From Pseudomonadota bacterium (GTDB lineage Bacteria; Pseudomonadota; Alphaproteobacteria; Sphingomonadales; CAKZYD01), in NCBI GenBank assembly GCA_039814715.1, contig JBCCAR010000018.1, forward strand, positions 4,856 to 68,855: a DNA stretch of 64,000 nucleotides, read 5' to 3'. A program made the translations under genes and the position numbers. Of the stretch, positions 19,033-27,934 are shown piece by piece. The notes under the pieces are model-generated. The model was not told where the DNA came from. It did no database searches and worked only from the letters and a program-made list of their open reading frames with translations. The first letter of the stretch is position 1; each line of letters opens with the position of its first letter.

Positions 19033-19665
19033 ATGAACCTTCTGTTTCTTCCTATTGGTGTTCTCATTGGTCTTGCTGTGGCAGCGCCGGTTGGCCCGGT
19101 TAACTTAATATGCATAAATCGCGGACTGGCCTATGGCGCGCTGTCTGCCATGGCGGTCGGCACCGGCGCGGCCTTTGGGGATGCAATTTTTGCTGCACTA
19201 GCGGCCTTCGGCTTTGGGACGTTTACCGAAATGATTGCGGCAAGCCGTGATCCTATTCGGCTCATTGGCGGCATTATAATGATTGCCTTTGCCTATTTTG
19301 TGTGGCGCGCGCAGCCCAGCACGCTCGCGCACAAACAAGATTTCACGCCCGCTTGGCGGCAGTCTATCGCCACTTTTTTTATGACGATCTCAAATCCAGC
19401 AACGCTCATGGGTTTCACGGCTATTTTTGCAGGCACTGGCTTTAAAAACCTAGGCGTTCAGTCGGCGCAGCAGGTTGCCAACTCCGGTGCTTTGGTCGTC
19501 GGCGTATGGCTTGGCTCCATGCTATGGTGGGCAGGCTTGTCACTTGTGGCCGGGCGTTTTAAGCGCAGTATTTCCAACCAGGCGCTCATCCGGATTAATC
19601 ACATCTCGGCCATTGTCCTCGCGCTCTTTGGTCTAGGCGCCATGATCGCTGGGGTGCTTGACTAG
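19033..19665 (+). CDS. LysE/RhtB family amino-acid exporter
   Basis: 210 aa with six TM helices. The N-terminus GLAVAAPVGPVNLICINRGL is typical of LysE-type translocators. Confidence 0.8.
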   Translation: MNLLFLPIGVLIGLAVAAPVGPVNLICINRGLAYGALSAMAVGTGAAFGDAIFAALAAFGFGTFTEMIAASRDPIRLIGGIIMIAFAYFVWRAQPSTLAHKQDFTPAWRQSIATFFMTISNPATLMGFTAIFAGTGFKNLGVQSAQQVANSGALVVGVWLGSMLWWAGLSLVAGRFKRSISNQALIRINHISAIVLALFGLGAMIAGVLD

Positions 19666-19892
19666 CTGGCGGGCTTTAGCAGCGCGTGGCCTGTGTGCAG
19701 CAGCTGCTTGCCAGCATTTTCAAAATTGACGGTGACACGTTCGCCAACAACGGTTTGTACTTGGCCCATACCCCAATCGTCTTGGCCTTCGAGAGTGACC
19801 CAGTCACCGGGCTGAAACCAGCGGGCTGGATTTGGTGTGTTTGCGGAGTTCATCGTGCGTTTTGCGGCCTGGTTATCGAGACTTTGCCTCAT
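19662..19892 (-). CDS. DUF3553 domain protein
   Basis: The motif PGDWVTLEGQDDWGMGQVQTVVGERVTVNFENAGKQLL is SH3-like and characteristic of DUF3553. An alternative start is the ATG at 19853. Confidence 0.7.
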   Translation of the reverse strand: MRQSLDNQAAKRTMNSANTPNPARWFQPGDWVTLEGQDDWGMGQVQTVVGERVTVNFENAGKQLLHTGHALLKPAS

Positions 19893-19993
19893 ATGACCCG
19901 AAATAAATGCAGGACAACGAATTTACTTCACGTTAACGAAGGTAAACGCAAAAGAGCTATGCTCTTTGCCGCCAATTTTAAGGACCGCTCGCT

Positions 19994-20626
19994 ATGTCTC
20001 AAGTGCTTGATACCGATCAGATGGATTTTGCTAGCCAGATGTGCTCGCGGCTCTGTCATGATCTGATCAGCCCCGTTGGCGCGATTGCCAACGGCCTTGA
20101 AATCTTGGCCGATGAAGATGATCCAGACATGCAAAAGCAGGTCATCGATCTGCTCAACCAAAGCGTCCAAGTCACGTCTGCAAAGCTACGGTTTTTCCGC
20201 ATGGCTTTTGGCGCGCCTGGCGGTATGGAAGGTAATGTCGACACGCGCGAAATGCGCTCAGCGGTCAGCGATTTTATGCAAGCCGGGAAGACCTCGTTGA
20301 ATTGGCAGATTTCCGCTAGCCAATTGCCCAAACCGCACGCAAAGTTGATCTTGATTGCGGCAATGATCTGCGGTGATGCGCTTGTGCGCGGCGGGGAGGT
20401 CGCTTTGTCGGGCAGCGCTGAAGGTGGCTTTATGATTGAAGGCGCAGGCGATAAAGTTGTGATAGACGAGCAGATTGTCTCGCTGCTAGACGGCGCGGCT
20501 GTACCAACGCAGCACACTAGCCGCTATGCGCCCTACATCTTATTCGTCAGTTTGCTGAAAAATCTAGCCATACAGCACAGGCTATCCGTCACCGACGAGC
20601 GTATTATCGTCACCATCCAGCCCTAG
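19994..20626 (+). CDS. chpT: Histidine phosphotransferase ChpT
   Basis: The motif SRLCHDLISPVGAIANGLEILADE is the DHp-like His box of ChpT. The C-terminal domain is a degenerate CA-like domain. 210 aa. Confidence 0.85.
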   Translation: MSQVLDTDQMDFASQMCSRLCHDLISPVGAIANGLEILADEDDPDMQKQVIDLLNQSVQVTSAKLRFFRMAFGAPGGMEGNVDTREMRSAVSDFMQAGKTSLNWQISASQLPKPHAKLILIAAMICGDALVRGGEVALSGSAEGGFMIEGAGDKVVIDEQIVSLLDGAAVPTQHTSRYAPYILFVSLLKNLAIQHRLSVTDERIIVTIQP

Positions 20627-20661
20627 CGCGATTGTATTTATCTTGCATTCTATGAGCCTGC

Positions 20662-20677
20662 TTTAGCGGTTCTTAAC
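20662..20677. promoter_or_regulatory. Candidate CtrA box (TTTA-N7-TTAAC) upstream of cheA
   Basis: TTTAGCGGTTCTTAAC has one mismatch to the TTAA-N7-TTAAC consensus. It sits about 100 bp upstream of the cheA ATG in an AT-richer spacer. Confidence 0.3.
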
Positions 20678-20774
20678 CCTTGTCAGCGACAGTTCGCTCT
20701 TCATGCCGCGCAGCCTGCCAGGTTGCTGCCGGTATGGTTGCAACAAGACGCCGAACAACGGGCAAGGGCAAGCA

Positions 20775-23700
20775 ATGGACGATCTGCTAAGCGAATTTTT
20801 GACGGAAACCAACGAAAGCATTGATGTGGTCGATGTAGAATTGGTTCGGCTAGAGCAAAACCCGAATGATAGCGAGGTTTTGGACAATATTTTCCGCTTA
20901 GTGCATACGATCAAAGGGACGTGCGGCTTCTTGGGCCTGCCGCGTCTTGAAGCAGTCGCACACTCGGGCGAAAACGTGCTGGGCAAGTTCCGGGATGGAG
21001 AGTTGTCGGTCACGCCCGGTGCCGTCACGCTGATCCTCGCCTCTCTTGACCGGATTAAAGAGCTTCTCGCTGCCCTGGAAGAAAATGAAGTAGAACCAGA
21101 CGGCGACGATAACGATCTGATCGAACAGCTGGATGCTTGCGCTGAAGGCAAAGGCCCGGCAGCGGAGGCTGCGCCTTCAAGTGTGCCGGAGCCAGGCGCT
21201 GCAAGCGAGCCGGAAGACACAGCCGATCCAGGACTTGGGCGTCCCTTAAAAGCAGGCGAAGTCTCGCTTGATGAGCTGGAAGCTGCTTTTGCCGCTGCGC
21301 CAGGTCCTGACGATATACCTGCGCCCACGGTGAGCGAAACGCAAGCATTGGCAGCTGAGCCAATGACTGATGCATCAGACGTTGACGACGCTGTTCTGCG
21401 CGACTTTGGCGGCTTGGCCGGCGTGATCGGCGCTTATGAAAGCGCGCTTGAAATATTGGTTCAGAGCGGCAAATGCCCAGCGCTGGCAGAGCCGGAAAAA
21501 ATGGCGGCGGTGAGCGACAATCTCGGCCGCCTTACCCTCTCCGCGATGCAGAAAGACGAGGCCAGCACAGCAAACTATGCGCAACTGGTCCAAACCGCGA
21601 TGGTTTGGGATGTGGCAACACTCGCGTCCGTTTCCTCAGGCATGCGCGCGGAGCTCGCTGGCTTTGGGGTGTCGAGCGATGAACTTGATACGGTGCAGGG
21701 CGCACTGGAGAAACAGGCGCATCTCATCGTTCCGCCCGCGCCGAAAGATGATGCAAAAAAAGCTGACGCAGACAAAGGCGGCCAGAAAACCGGCAGCAAC
21801 CAAAGCGTTCGCGTGAATGTGGACTTGCTGGAAGATTTGATGAACTTGGTGAGCGAGCTTGTTTTGACGCGTAATCAGCTCAATCAAATGGTTCGCAGGC
21901 TGGAAGATAGCGAATTTGCCGTCCCACTGCAGCGCTTATCGCAATGCACGACAGAACTGCAAGAGGGGGTTATGAAAACCCGGATGCAGCCAATCGGCAA
22001 TGCATGGTCTAAGTTGCCGCGTATCGTACGTGATCTAAGCCTGGATCTAGATAAAGACATTGAACTGGAAATGCACGGCGCTGAGACCGAGCTTGACCGG
22101 CAAGTGCTGGAGCTCATCAAAGACCCGTTAACGCATATGGTGCGTAACAGCGCTGACCATGGTGTTGAAACGCCGCAAGTGCGTGAGCGGTCAGGCAAGC
22201 CTGCGCAGGGCACAATTAAGCTGGATGCCTATCATGAAGGCGGCCATATCGTCATCACGATTGCCGACGATGGCGCAGGCATCAATGCTGAAAAATTAAG
22301 AGAAAAAGCGCTGGAGAACGGCTTAGCCAGTGAGGCTGAGCTTGATGCTATGAGCGAAAACCAAATTCAGCGTTTTATTTTCCATGCAGGTTTATCCACT
22401 GCGCAAGCTGTCACCAGTGTCTCTGGCCGCGGCGTTGGAATGGACGTTGTGCGCACCAATATCGAGAAAATCGGCGGGACAATCGACATGACGTCGACTG
22501 TCGGGAAGGGCACGACGTTCTTTATCAAAATTCCGCTGACCTTGGCGATTGTCTCTGCGCTTATTGTTGAGTCCCATAAAGAACGATTTGCCATTCCTCA
22601 AATTGCCGTGCTTGAGCTCGTCCACGCTGATAGCAAGGGCGAGAATGCGATTGAGCATATCAACAACACACCGGTGTTCCGCCTGCGCAACCGGTTGCTC
22701 CCATTGGTTCATCTGCGCGATGTACTAGGCTTTGAGCGCCGTGAAGATGAGCGCGAGACGTTTATCGTCGTCACACAGGTTGGCTCCTTCGTGTTCGGCA
22801 TTGTGGTTGATCAGGTCTTCGATACTGAAGAAATCGTCGTGAAACCTGTCGCGCCTGCCCTTGCAAACCTGAACACGTATTCCGGTAATACGATTTTGGG
22901 CGATGGATCGGTGATTATGATCTTGGATCCCAACGGTGTTGCTTCCAAGGTCTCCACAACCAACACGGAAGCAGAACAAGATGGCGCCGATGGTAATGCT
23001 GCCGATGGCCGCCTATCTGACCGTGAGACAATGCTTCTGTTTAAAGCAGGCAACGACACGCCAAAAGCAGTGCCGCTCTCATTGGTGGCAAGGCTTGAAG
23101 AAATCGAAGTTGAGCGCATTGAAAACCGCGACGTACGTCCCACCGTTCAGTATCGCGGTCAACTTATGCCTGTCCTGACGCTGAACGGCGGCAAAGCTCT
23201 TCAAGAGGAAGGCAAACAGCCCATCTTGGTGTTCACAGATGATGAACACTCTATGGGCATTGCCTGTGACGAAATTCTGGACATTGTTGAAACTGATTTG
23301 TCGGTGGAAATCTCTACGCAGCGCGATGGTATTTTAGGCACGTCAGTGATTGCAGAAAAAGTCACTGATATCATCGACGTGGCCTATTATTCTAAGACAG
23401 CATTTAGCGATTGGTTCTCTTCTGACAAAAAGGCCATCGGAACCCAAGCGGCCGGCATGCAGGCCAATGCAAAGGTTCTCGTCGTGGAAGACAGCGCCTT
23501 TTTCCGCAATATGCTGCGTCCTCTGCTCACGGCTGCAGGCTACGCCGTTACGGTCGCGCAGGACGCGGAAGAAGCGCTGGCGATGCGTGAACGTAGCAGA
23601 GACTTTGACCTCATCGTCTCCGACATTGAAATGCCTGGGAAGTCTGGATTTGAACTGGCGTCAGACATTCGTGCCGGTGGCCGCTGGCAGGGCGTGCCGA

Positions 23701-23852
23701 TGATTGCTCTATCTTCCCTAAGTGACGCAAAAGACTTTGAGAAGGGCCGCAAAGCTGGCTTTAACGATTATGTCGTCAAGCTGGATCGCGACGCGCTGCT
23801 GGAGACTATGGTTGAGCAGCTCAATGCCCATGCAGCGCGTAAAGCAGCGTAG
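20775..23852 (+). CDS. cheA: Chemotaxis histidine kinase CheA with a C-terminal receiver domain (CheA-REC hybrid)
   Basis: Hpt domain with LVHTIKGTCGFLG, dimerisation region VRVNVDLLEDLMNLVSELVLTRNQL, HATPase (HMVRNSADHG, DDGAGI, GRGVGMDVV), a CheW-like P5 domain, and REC (VLVVEDS...VSDIEMPG...VVKLD). The start is placed at ATG 20775 (MDDLLSEFL); the ORF opens at 20703. Confidence 0.93.
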   Translation: MDDLLSEFLTETNESIDVVDVELVRLEQNPNDSEVLDNIFRLVHTIKGTCGFLGLPRLEAVAHSGENVLGKFRDGELSVTPGAVTLILASLDRIKELLAALEENEVEPDGDDNDLIEQLDACAEGKGPAAEAAPSSVPEPGAASEPEDTADPGLGRPLKAGEVSLDELEAAFAAAPGPDDIPAPTVSETQALAAEPMTDASDVDDAVLRDFGGLAGVIGAYESALEILVQSGKCPALAEPEKMAAVSDNLGRLTLSAMQKDEASTANYAQLVQTAMVWDVATLASVSSGMRAELAGFGVSSDELDTVQGALEKQAHLIVPPAPKDDAKKADADKGGQKTGSNQSVRVNVDLLEDLMNLVSELVLTRNQLNQMVRRLEDSEFAVPLQRLSQCTTELQEGVMKTRMQPIGNAWSKLPRIVRDLSLDLDKDIELEMHGAETELDRQVLELIKDPLTHMVRNSADHGVETPQVRERSGKPAQGTIKLDAYHEGGHIVITIADDGAGINAEKLREKALENGLASEAELDAMSENQIQRFIFHAGLSTAQAVTSVSGRGVGMDVVRTNIEKIGGTIDMTSTVGKGTTFFIKIPLTLAIVSALIVESHKERFAIPQIAVLELVHADSKGENAIEHINNTPVFRLRNRLLPLVHLRDVLGFERREDERETFIVVTQVGSFVFGIVVDQVFDTEEIVVKPVAPALANLNTYSGNTILGDGSVIMILDPNGVASKVSTTNTEAEQDGADGNAADGRLSDRETMLLFKAGNDTPKAVPLSLVARLEEIEVERIENRDVRPTVQYRGQLMPVLTLNGGKALQEEGKQPILVFTDDEHSMGIACDEILDIVETDLSVEISTQRDGILGTSVIAEKVTDIIDVAYYSKTAFSDWFSSDKKAIGTQAAGMQANAKVLVVEDSAFFRNMLRPLLTAAGYAVTVAQDAEEALAMRERSRDFDLIVSDIEMPGKSGFELASDIRAGGRWQGVPMIALSSLSDAKDFEKGRKAGFNDYVVKLDRDALLETMVEQLNAHAARKAA

Positions 23853-23864
23853 AGGAGGCAGACC

Positions 23865-24329
23865 GTGAGCGATACAATCAACGCATCCCAAGAATTTGTG
23901 ACTTTAAGGCTTGCAGGTCAGCTGCTGGGCATCCCCGTGCTACAAGTTCATGATGTGCTTAAAGCGCAGAATATGACCCCTGTACCGATTGCACCCAGCT
24001 GGGTAGCAGGCCTGATCAATCTGCGCGGACGCATCGTGACGTGCATTGATTTGCGTGCGCGCCTTGGCCTGCCGCCCGCGACGGATGAAGACGAGGTGAC
24101 CGGCATGAGCGTGGTCGTCGAACAAAATGGCGAGCCCTATAGCTTGCTCATTGACCGGGTGGGCGATGTTCTCAAGCTGCCGATCGATGATTATGAGCGC
24201 AATCCGGTGACACTTGAGGCCTCCTGGGCAGAGGTATCAGCAGGCGTTTACCGCCTTGATGGCGAGCTTTTGGTCATTTTAGATGTGGAGCAACTGCTCG
24301 ATTTTGTTTCTGTTGCTGAGGCCGCCTAA
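23865..24329 (+). CDS. cheW: Chemotaxis coupling protein CheW
   Basis: 154 aa with FVTLRLAGQLLGIPVLQVHDVL and GLINLRGRIVTCIDLR. Confidence 0.9.
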   Translation: MSDTINASQEFVTLRLAGQLLGIPVLQVHDVLKAQNMTPVPIAPSWVAGLINLRGRIVTCIDLRARLGLPPATDEDEVTGMSVVVEQNGEPYSLLIDRVGDVLKLPIDDYERNPVTLEASWAEVSAGVYRLDGELLVILDVEQLLDFVSVAEAA

Positions 24330-24350
24330 AGCTGAGCGAGGAGGCGGACA

Positions 24351-24713
24351 ATGCCAACCTGTCTAGTGGTAGATGATTCGAAGATTATTCGCCGGGTCGC
24401 AAAACGCATTTTATCGGAAATGGCCTTTGACGCGCAAGAAGCCAGCGATGGCAGCGAAGCGATGACTTGTTTGGAAAAGAGTCAGCCCGACGTGATTTTA
24501 CTCGATTGGAATATGCCGAAAATGGATGGTCTTGAGTTCTTGCGCCAGCTGCGCAGCCAGGATCGCCGCCAGCCGACGGTTATTTTTTGCACCGCAAACA
24601 ACCAGGTCAAACAGATTGAGCAAGCGCTTGAGGCCGGAGCCGATGACTACATAATGAAGCCTTTTGACCGCGATATTCTAACGTCGAAATTTGAACAAGC
24701 AGGACTTTGTTAA
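24351..24713 (+). CDS. cheY: Single-domain response regulator CheY
   Basis: 120 aa with VVDDS, LLDWNMPKMDG and YIMKPF. Confidence 0.9.
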   Translation: MPTCLVVDDSKIIRRVAKRILSEMAFDAQEASDGSEAMTCLEKSQPDVILLDWNMPKMDGLEFLRQLRSQDRRQPTVIFCTANNQVKQIEQALEAGADDYIMKPFDRDILTSKFEQAGLC

Positions 24714-25837
24714 TGGCGACAGCGCCCACACTCTTGCGCTCCGCAGATGCGGCAGCGATCCAGGTTCTGCTGGTTGATGACAGCGCGGTTATTCGCGGCA
24801 TGCTGCGACGCTGGCTGGAAGAAAGCCCAGCGATCTCTATCGTTGGTACCGCCGCCAATGGTGAAACAGCGATCCACGAAGCCAAGACGTTGCAGCCTGA
24901 TATCATTATTCTCGATATCGAAATGCCGGTGATGGATGGAATTACCGCACTACCAAAACTGAAGGACGTGGCCCAAGGCTGCCATATTATCATGGCGTCC
25001 ACGCTCACGACGCGCAATGCAGACATTAGCTTGCGTGCCATGCGGCTCGGCGCAACGGATTATATCCCAAAGCCGGAAAGCCGCACAGAGATGACGGCCG
25101 GTACCAGCTTTAAAGACGCCATTACCGACAAAGTGATCGCGCTTGGCAACGCGCGGCGCAAGCGCCTGGGTAAGCCGGTTGTAGGTTCAGCTAGGCCTTC
25201 GCCCGCCCCCAATCGGTCCGCTCCAGCGCCAGTCCGGCCGCGTCCACGGCTCGGAGCGGCGATCCCACAGCTCGTTGCCGTTGGCTCCTCGACTGGCGGA
25301 CCGCAAGCGCTGTTCACGCTTCTTGAGGGGCTAAGGCCGAGCTTTCAGCTTCCGATTGTTATTACCCAGCATATGCCTGCAACTTTTACCGCCATTCTGG
25401 CTGGCCATTTATCGAAGGTGAGTGGCCGTGATTGCCAAGAGGCGCAGCACGGCGATATCCTTGAAAAAGGCAAGGTTTATGTTGCGCCAGGTGGCTATCA
25501 TATGCTGGTCAGCGGAACCGCGGCGCGCCCTGTTGTCGAGCTTAGCGATGGCCCTGAAGAGAATTTCTGTAAGCCCGCTGTGGACCCGATGTTTCGCTCT
25601 GTTGCGGATGTCTTTGGCAACCGGGCCCTCGCTGTCATTTTAACGGGCATGGGCTCAGACGGTTGCCAAGGCGCAGGCGTCATGCGCAACACCGGAGCCC
25701 ATGTTTACGTCCAAGACGAAGCGACCAGCACAGTGTGGGGCATGCCTGGCGCTGCCAGCAAAGCCGGTCTTGCCGATCAAACCCTTCCAATTGAACGCAT
25801 GGCTGAGGCCATTATGCGTGCTGCGAAAAGCGAGTAG
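24713..25837 (+). CDS. cheB: Chemotaxis protein-glutamate methylesterase CheB (REC plus esterase)
   Basis: REC motifs VLLVDDS and ILDIEMPVMDG, then an esterase domain with VAVGSSTGGPQAL and ILTGMGSDG. The start is read as TAATG, overlapping the cheY stop; the ORF opens at TTG 24707. Confidence 0.92.
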   Translation: MATAPTLLRSADAAAIQVLLVDDSAVIRGMLRRWLEESPAISIVGTAANGETAIHEAKTLQPDIIILDIEMPVMDGITALPKLKDVAQGCHIIMASTLTTRNADISLRAMRLGATDYIPKPESRTEMTAGTSFKDAITDKVIALGNARRKRLGKPVVGSARPSPAPNRSAPAPVRPRPRLGAAIPQLVAVGSSTGGPQALFTLLEGLRPSFQLPIVITQHMPATFTAILAGHLSKVSGRDCQEAQHGDILEKGKVYVAPGGYHMLVSGTAARPVVELSDGPEENFCKPAVDPMFRSVADVFGNRALAVILTGMGSDGCQGAGVMRNTGAHVYVQDEATSTVWGMPGAASKAGLADQTLPIERMAEAIMRAAKSE

Positions 25838-25842
25838 CCTTT

Positions 25843-26694
25843 ATGCGTGACCAAGACTTTGAGCTTTTCGCTGACCTGCTGAAGCGAACATCGGGCCTCA
25901 GCATAGGGCCAGATAAGCAGTATCTTCTGGAAACCCGGCTGACGCCGCTTGCGCTTAAAAATGGCCTGGCGGGCCTTGACGCGTTGGCTGATGAAGTGCG
26001 CTTTAGAAAACCAGCGCAGCTCATTGATCAAATCGTGGAAGCAATGACGACGAATGAAAGCTTTTTCTTCCGCGACACGACACCGTTTGATATTTTGAAA
26101 GCCCAAATCCTGCCTAAGCTTCATGAAGCCCGCGGTGATAAGAAAAAGCTCAACATCTGGTGCGGTGCAGCCTCGACGGGTCAGGAGCCGTATTCGATTG
26201 CAATGCTTCTGGCAGAAGATCCAGCGCGCTGGGCTGGCTGGGACATTAATATCTTGGCGACCGACATTTCAAAAGACGCCTTAGCGAAAGCCGAAGAGGG
26301 CAGCTACAGCCAATTTGAAGTGCAGCGCGGACTGCCCGTTAATCTCATGCTCAAATATTTTCGCCAAGAGGGTGAGCGCTGGCTTATTTCAGACGATATT
26401 AAGCGCCGCGTCACATTTAAGCCGTTTAATCTCCTGCAATCGCCCAGTGGTCTTGGACGCTTTGATGTCGTCTTTTTGCGCAACGTCTTGATTTATTTTG
26501 ATTCGCCCACCAAAGCCGTCGTGTTCGAAAAAGTACGCAGCGTCATGGAGCGTGATGGTGCCTTGTTCTTAGGGGCTGCTGAGACAGTGCTGGGCGTTAC
26601 CGAACAGTTCCGTTCCATCAAAGGCCTGCGCGGACTTTACGTGCCGACGGAACATGCCCATGAGGCAAGCTTGCGCTTTGCGGCGACGGGTTAA
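25843..26694 (+). CDS. cheR: Chemotaxis protein methyltransferase CheR
   Basis: 283 aa with MTTNESFFFRD, IWCGAASTGQEPYSIAM and VFLRNVLIYFD. Confidence 0.92.
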   Translation: MRDQDFELFADLLKRTSGLSIGPDKQYLLETRLTPLALKNGLAGLDALADEVRFRKPAQLIDQIVEAMTTNESFFFRDTTPFDILKAQILPKLHEARGDKKKLNIWCGAASTGQEPYSIAMLLAEDPARWAGWDINILATDISKDALAKAEEGSYSQFEVQRGLPVNLMLKYFRQEGERWLISDDIKRRVTFKPFNLLQSPSGLGRFDVVFLRNVLIYFDSPTKAVVFEKVRSVMERDGALFLGAAETVLGVTEQFRSIKGLRGLYVPTEHAHEASLRFAATG

Positions 26695-27464
26695 GCCGCG
26701 CGCAGCGTCACCCAGACAGGAGTGTGATCTGAGGATTTTTCCTTGCCGCGGGCCGCACGGTCAATACCGCCGCTTTCGAGCAAGTCAGCGGCTTGCGGGC
26801 TCATCATGATGTGATCAATGCGAATGCCGTGGTCTTTTTGCCAAGCGCCGCGCTGATAGTCCCAAAATGTATACGCTTCGCCCTCGGGCTGGATAGCGCG
26901 TATGGCATCTGTAAAGCCGAGATGCTCAAAGCGGCGGAAAATCTGGCGGGTTTCTGAACGAAACAGAGCATCATCAACCCAGGCCGCAGGGTCATAAGCA
27001 TCGATCGCTTGGGGGATAACATTGTAATCGCCAGCGAAAATAGCTGGGCCTTCCTGCGCTAATTTCGCTTCCGCAAAGGCGTGAAAGCGCTCCATCCAGC
27101 CCAATTTGTAATCATATTTCGGACCAGGGCAGGGATTGCCATTTGGTAGGTAGAGGCACGCGATAAAAACCCCCGCAATGTCGGCATAGATGAAGCGCGC
27201 TTGTTCATCCTCATCATCGCCGGGCAGCCCGCGCCCGACATTGTCCATCGGCAGTTTCGACAGCAGAGCCACACCATTGAAGGATTTTTGGCCATGCGTT
27301 TCCACATGATAGCCCAGCGCTTCGATCTCTAGGCGCGGGAAGTTGTCATCAATGCTTTTGATTTCTTGCAGGCATGCAACATCAGGGGCGCTCTCTTCCA
27401 GCCATTCTAAAAGCCGGGGCAAACGCGCTTTAATGCCATTGATGTTAAAGGTCGCGAGCTTCAC
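26691..27464 (-). CDS. xthA: Exodeoxyribonuclease III
   Basis: MKLATFNINGIKARL, DVACLQEIK and the C-terminal SDHTPVWV are present. 257 aa. Confidence 0.93.
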   Translation of the reverse strand: MKLATFNINGIKARLPRLLEWLEESAPDVACLQEIKSIDDNFPRLEIEALGYHVETHGQKSFNGVALLSKLPMDNVGRGLPGDDEDEQARFIYADIAGVFIACLYLPNGNPCPGPKYDYKLGWMERFHAFAEAKLAQEGPAIFAGDYNVIPQAIDAYDPAAWVDDALFRSETRQIFRRFEHLGFTDAIRAIQPEGEAYTFWDYQRGAWQKDHGIRIDHIMMSPQAADLLESGGIDRAARGKEKSSDHTPVWVTLRAA

Positions 27465-27467
27465 GCC

Positions 27468-27812
27468 TTATACGGAGAAAGACGTGCCGCAACCGCAAGA
27501 AGACTGCGCGTTGGGATTTTTCACTTGGAAGGCTGCGCCAACCAAGTCTTCGACAAAATCAAGCTCAGCGCCCGTCACATAGAGCAAGCTCATATCGTCG
27601 ACGAGAACTTTAACGCCGTCTCGTTCAATCACAATGTCGCCGTCGCCGACAGTCTCGTCAAAGGCGAAGGTATATTGAAACCCTGAACACCCACCGCCGG
27701 TCACGCCCAGACGCAGCTTGAGGTCGTGATTGCCTTGTTGCTCAATCAGCTCGGCAATGCGCCGTGCGGCGCTTTGGGAAACGGACATGGGGGCTGAAGC
27801 GGTATTCATCAC
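27468..27812 (-). CDS. erpA: Iron-sulfur cluster insertion protein (ErpA/IscA/HesB family)
   Basis: GGGCSGFQY and the C-terminal CGCGTSFSV are present. 114 aa. Confidence 0.9.
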   Translation of the reverse strand: MMNTASAPMSVSQSAARRIAELIEQQGNHDLKLRLGVTGGGCSGFQYTFAFDETVGDGDIVIERDGVKVLVDDMSLLYVTGAELDFVEDLVGAAFQVKNPNAQSSCGCGTSFSV

Positions 27813-27934
27813 AATTAACCTTTACCCGCGCGGTTTTTCGCTCGAATTCGTTGCCTCTTAGAGATAAGCAGTAACCGGGCTGAGTCAACGCCCGAAACCA
27901 GGCCTAGCCTAGATGGGCTTTATAGTGAGTTAGC

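Noticed and set aside
19933-19947. TTAACGAAGGTAAAC in the DUF3553/chpT divergent spacer, as a possible CtrA box.
   Set aside because: The second half-site is AAAC/TAAA rather than TTAA at the required N7 spacing, giving two or more mismatches. This is too weak to call.
20663-21328. A 221-aa ORF antisense to the 5' part of cheA, rich in Ser/Ala/Pro.
   Set aside because: It lies entirely inside a well-supported CheA coding region. Its low-complexity composition is typical of the antisense frame of GC-rich acidic/Ala-rich coding sequence. No motif and no start context support it.
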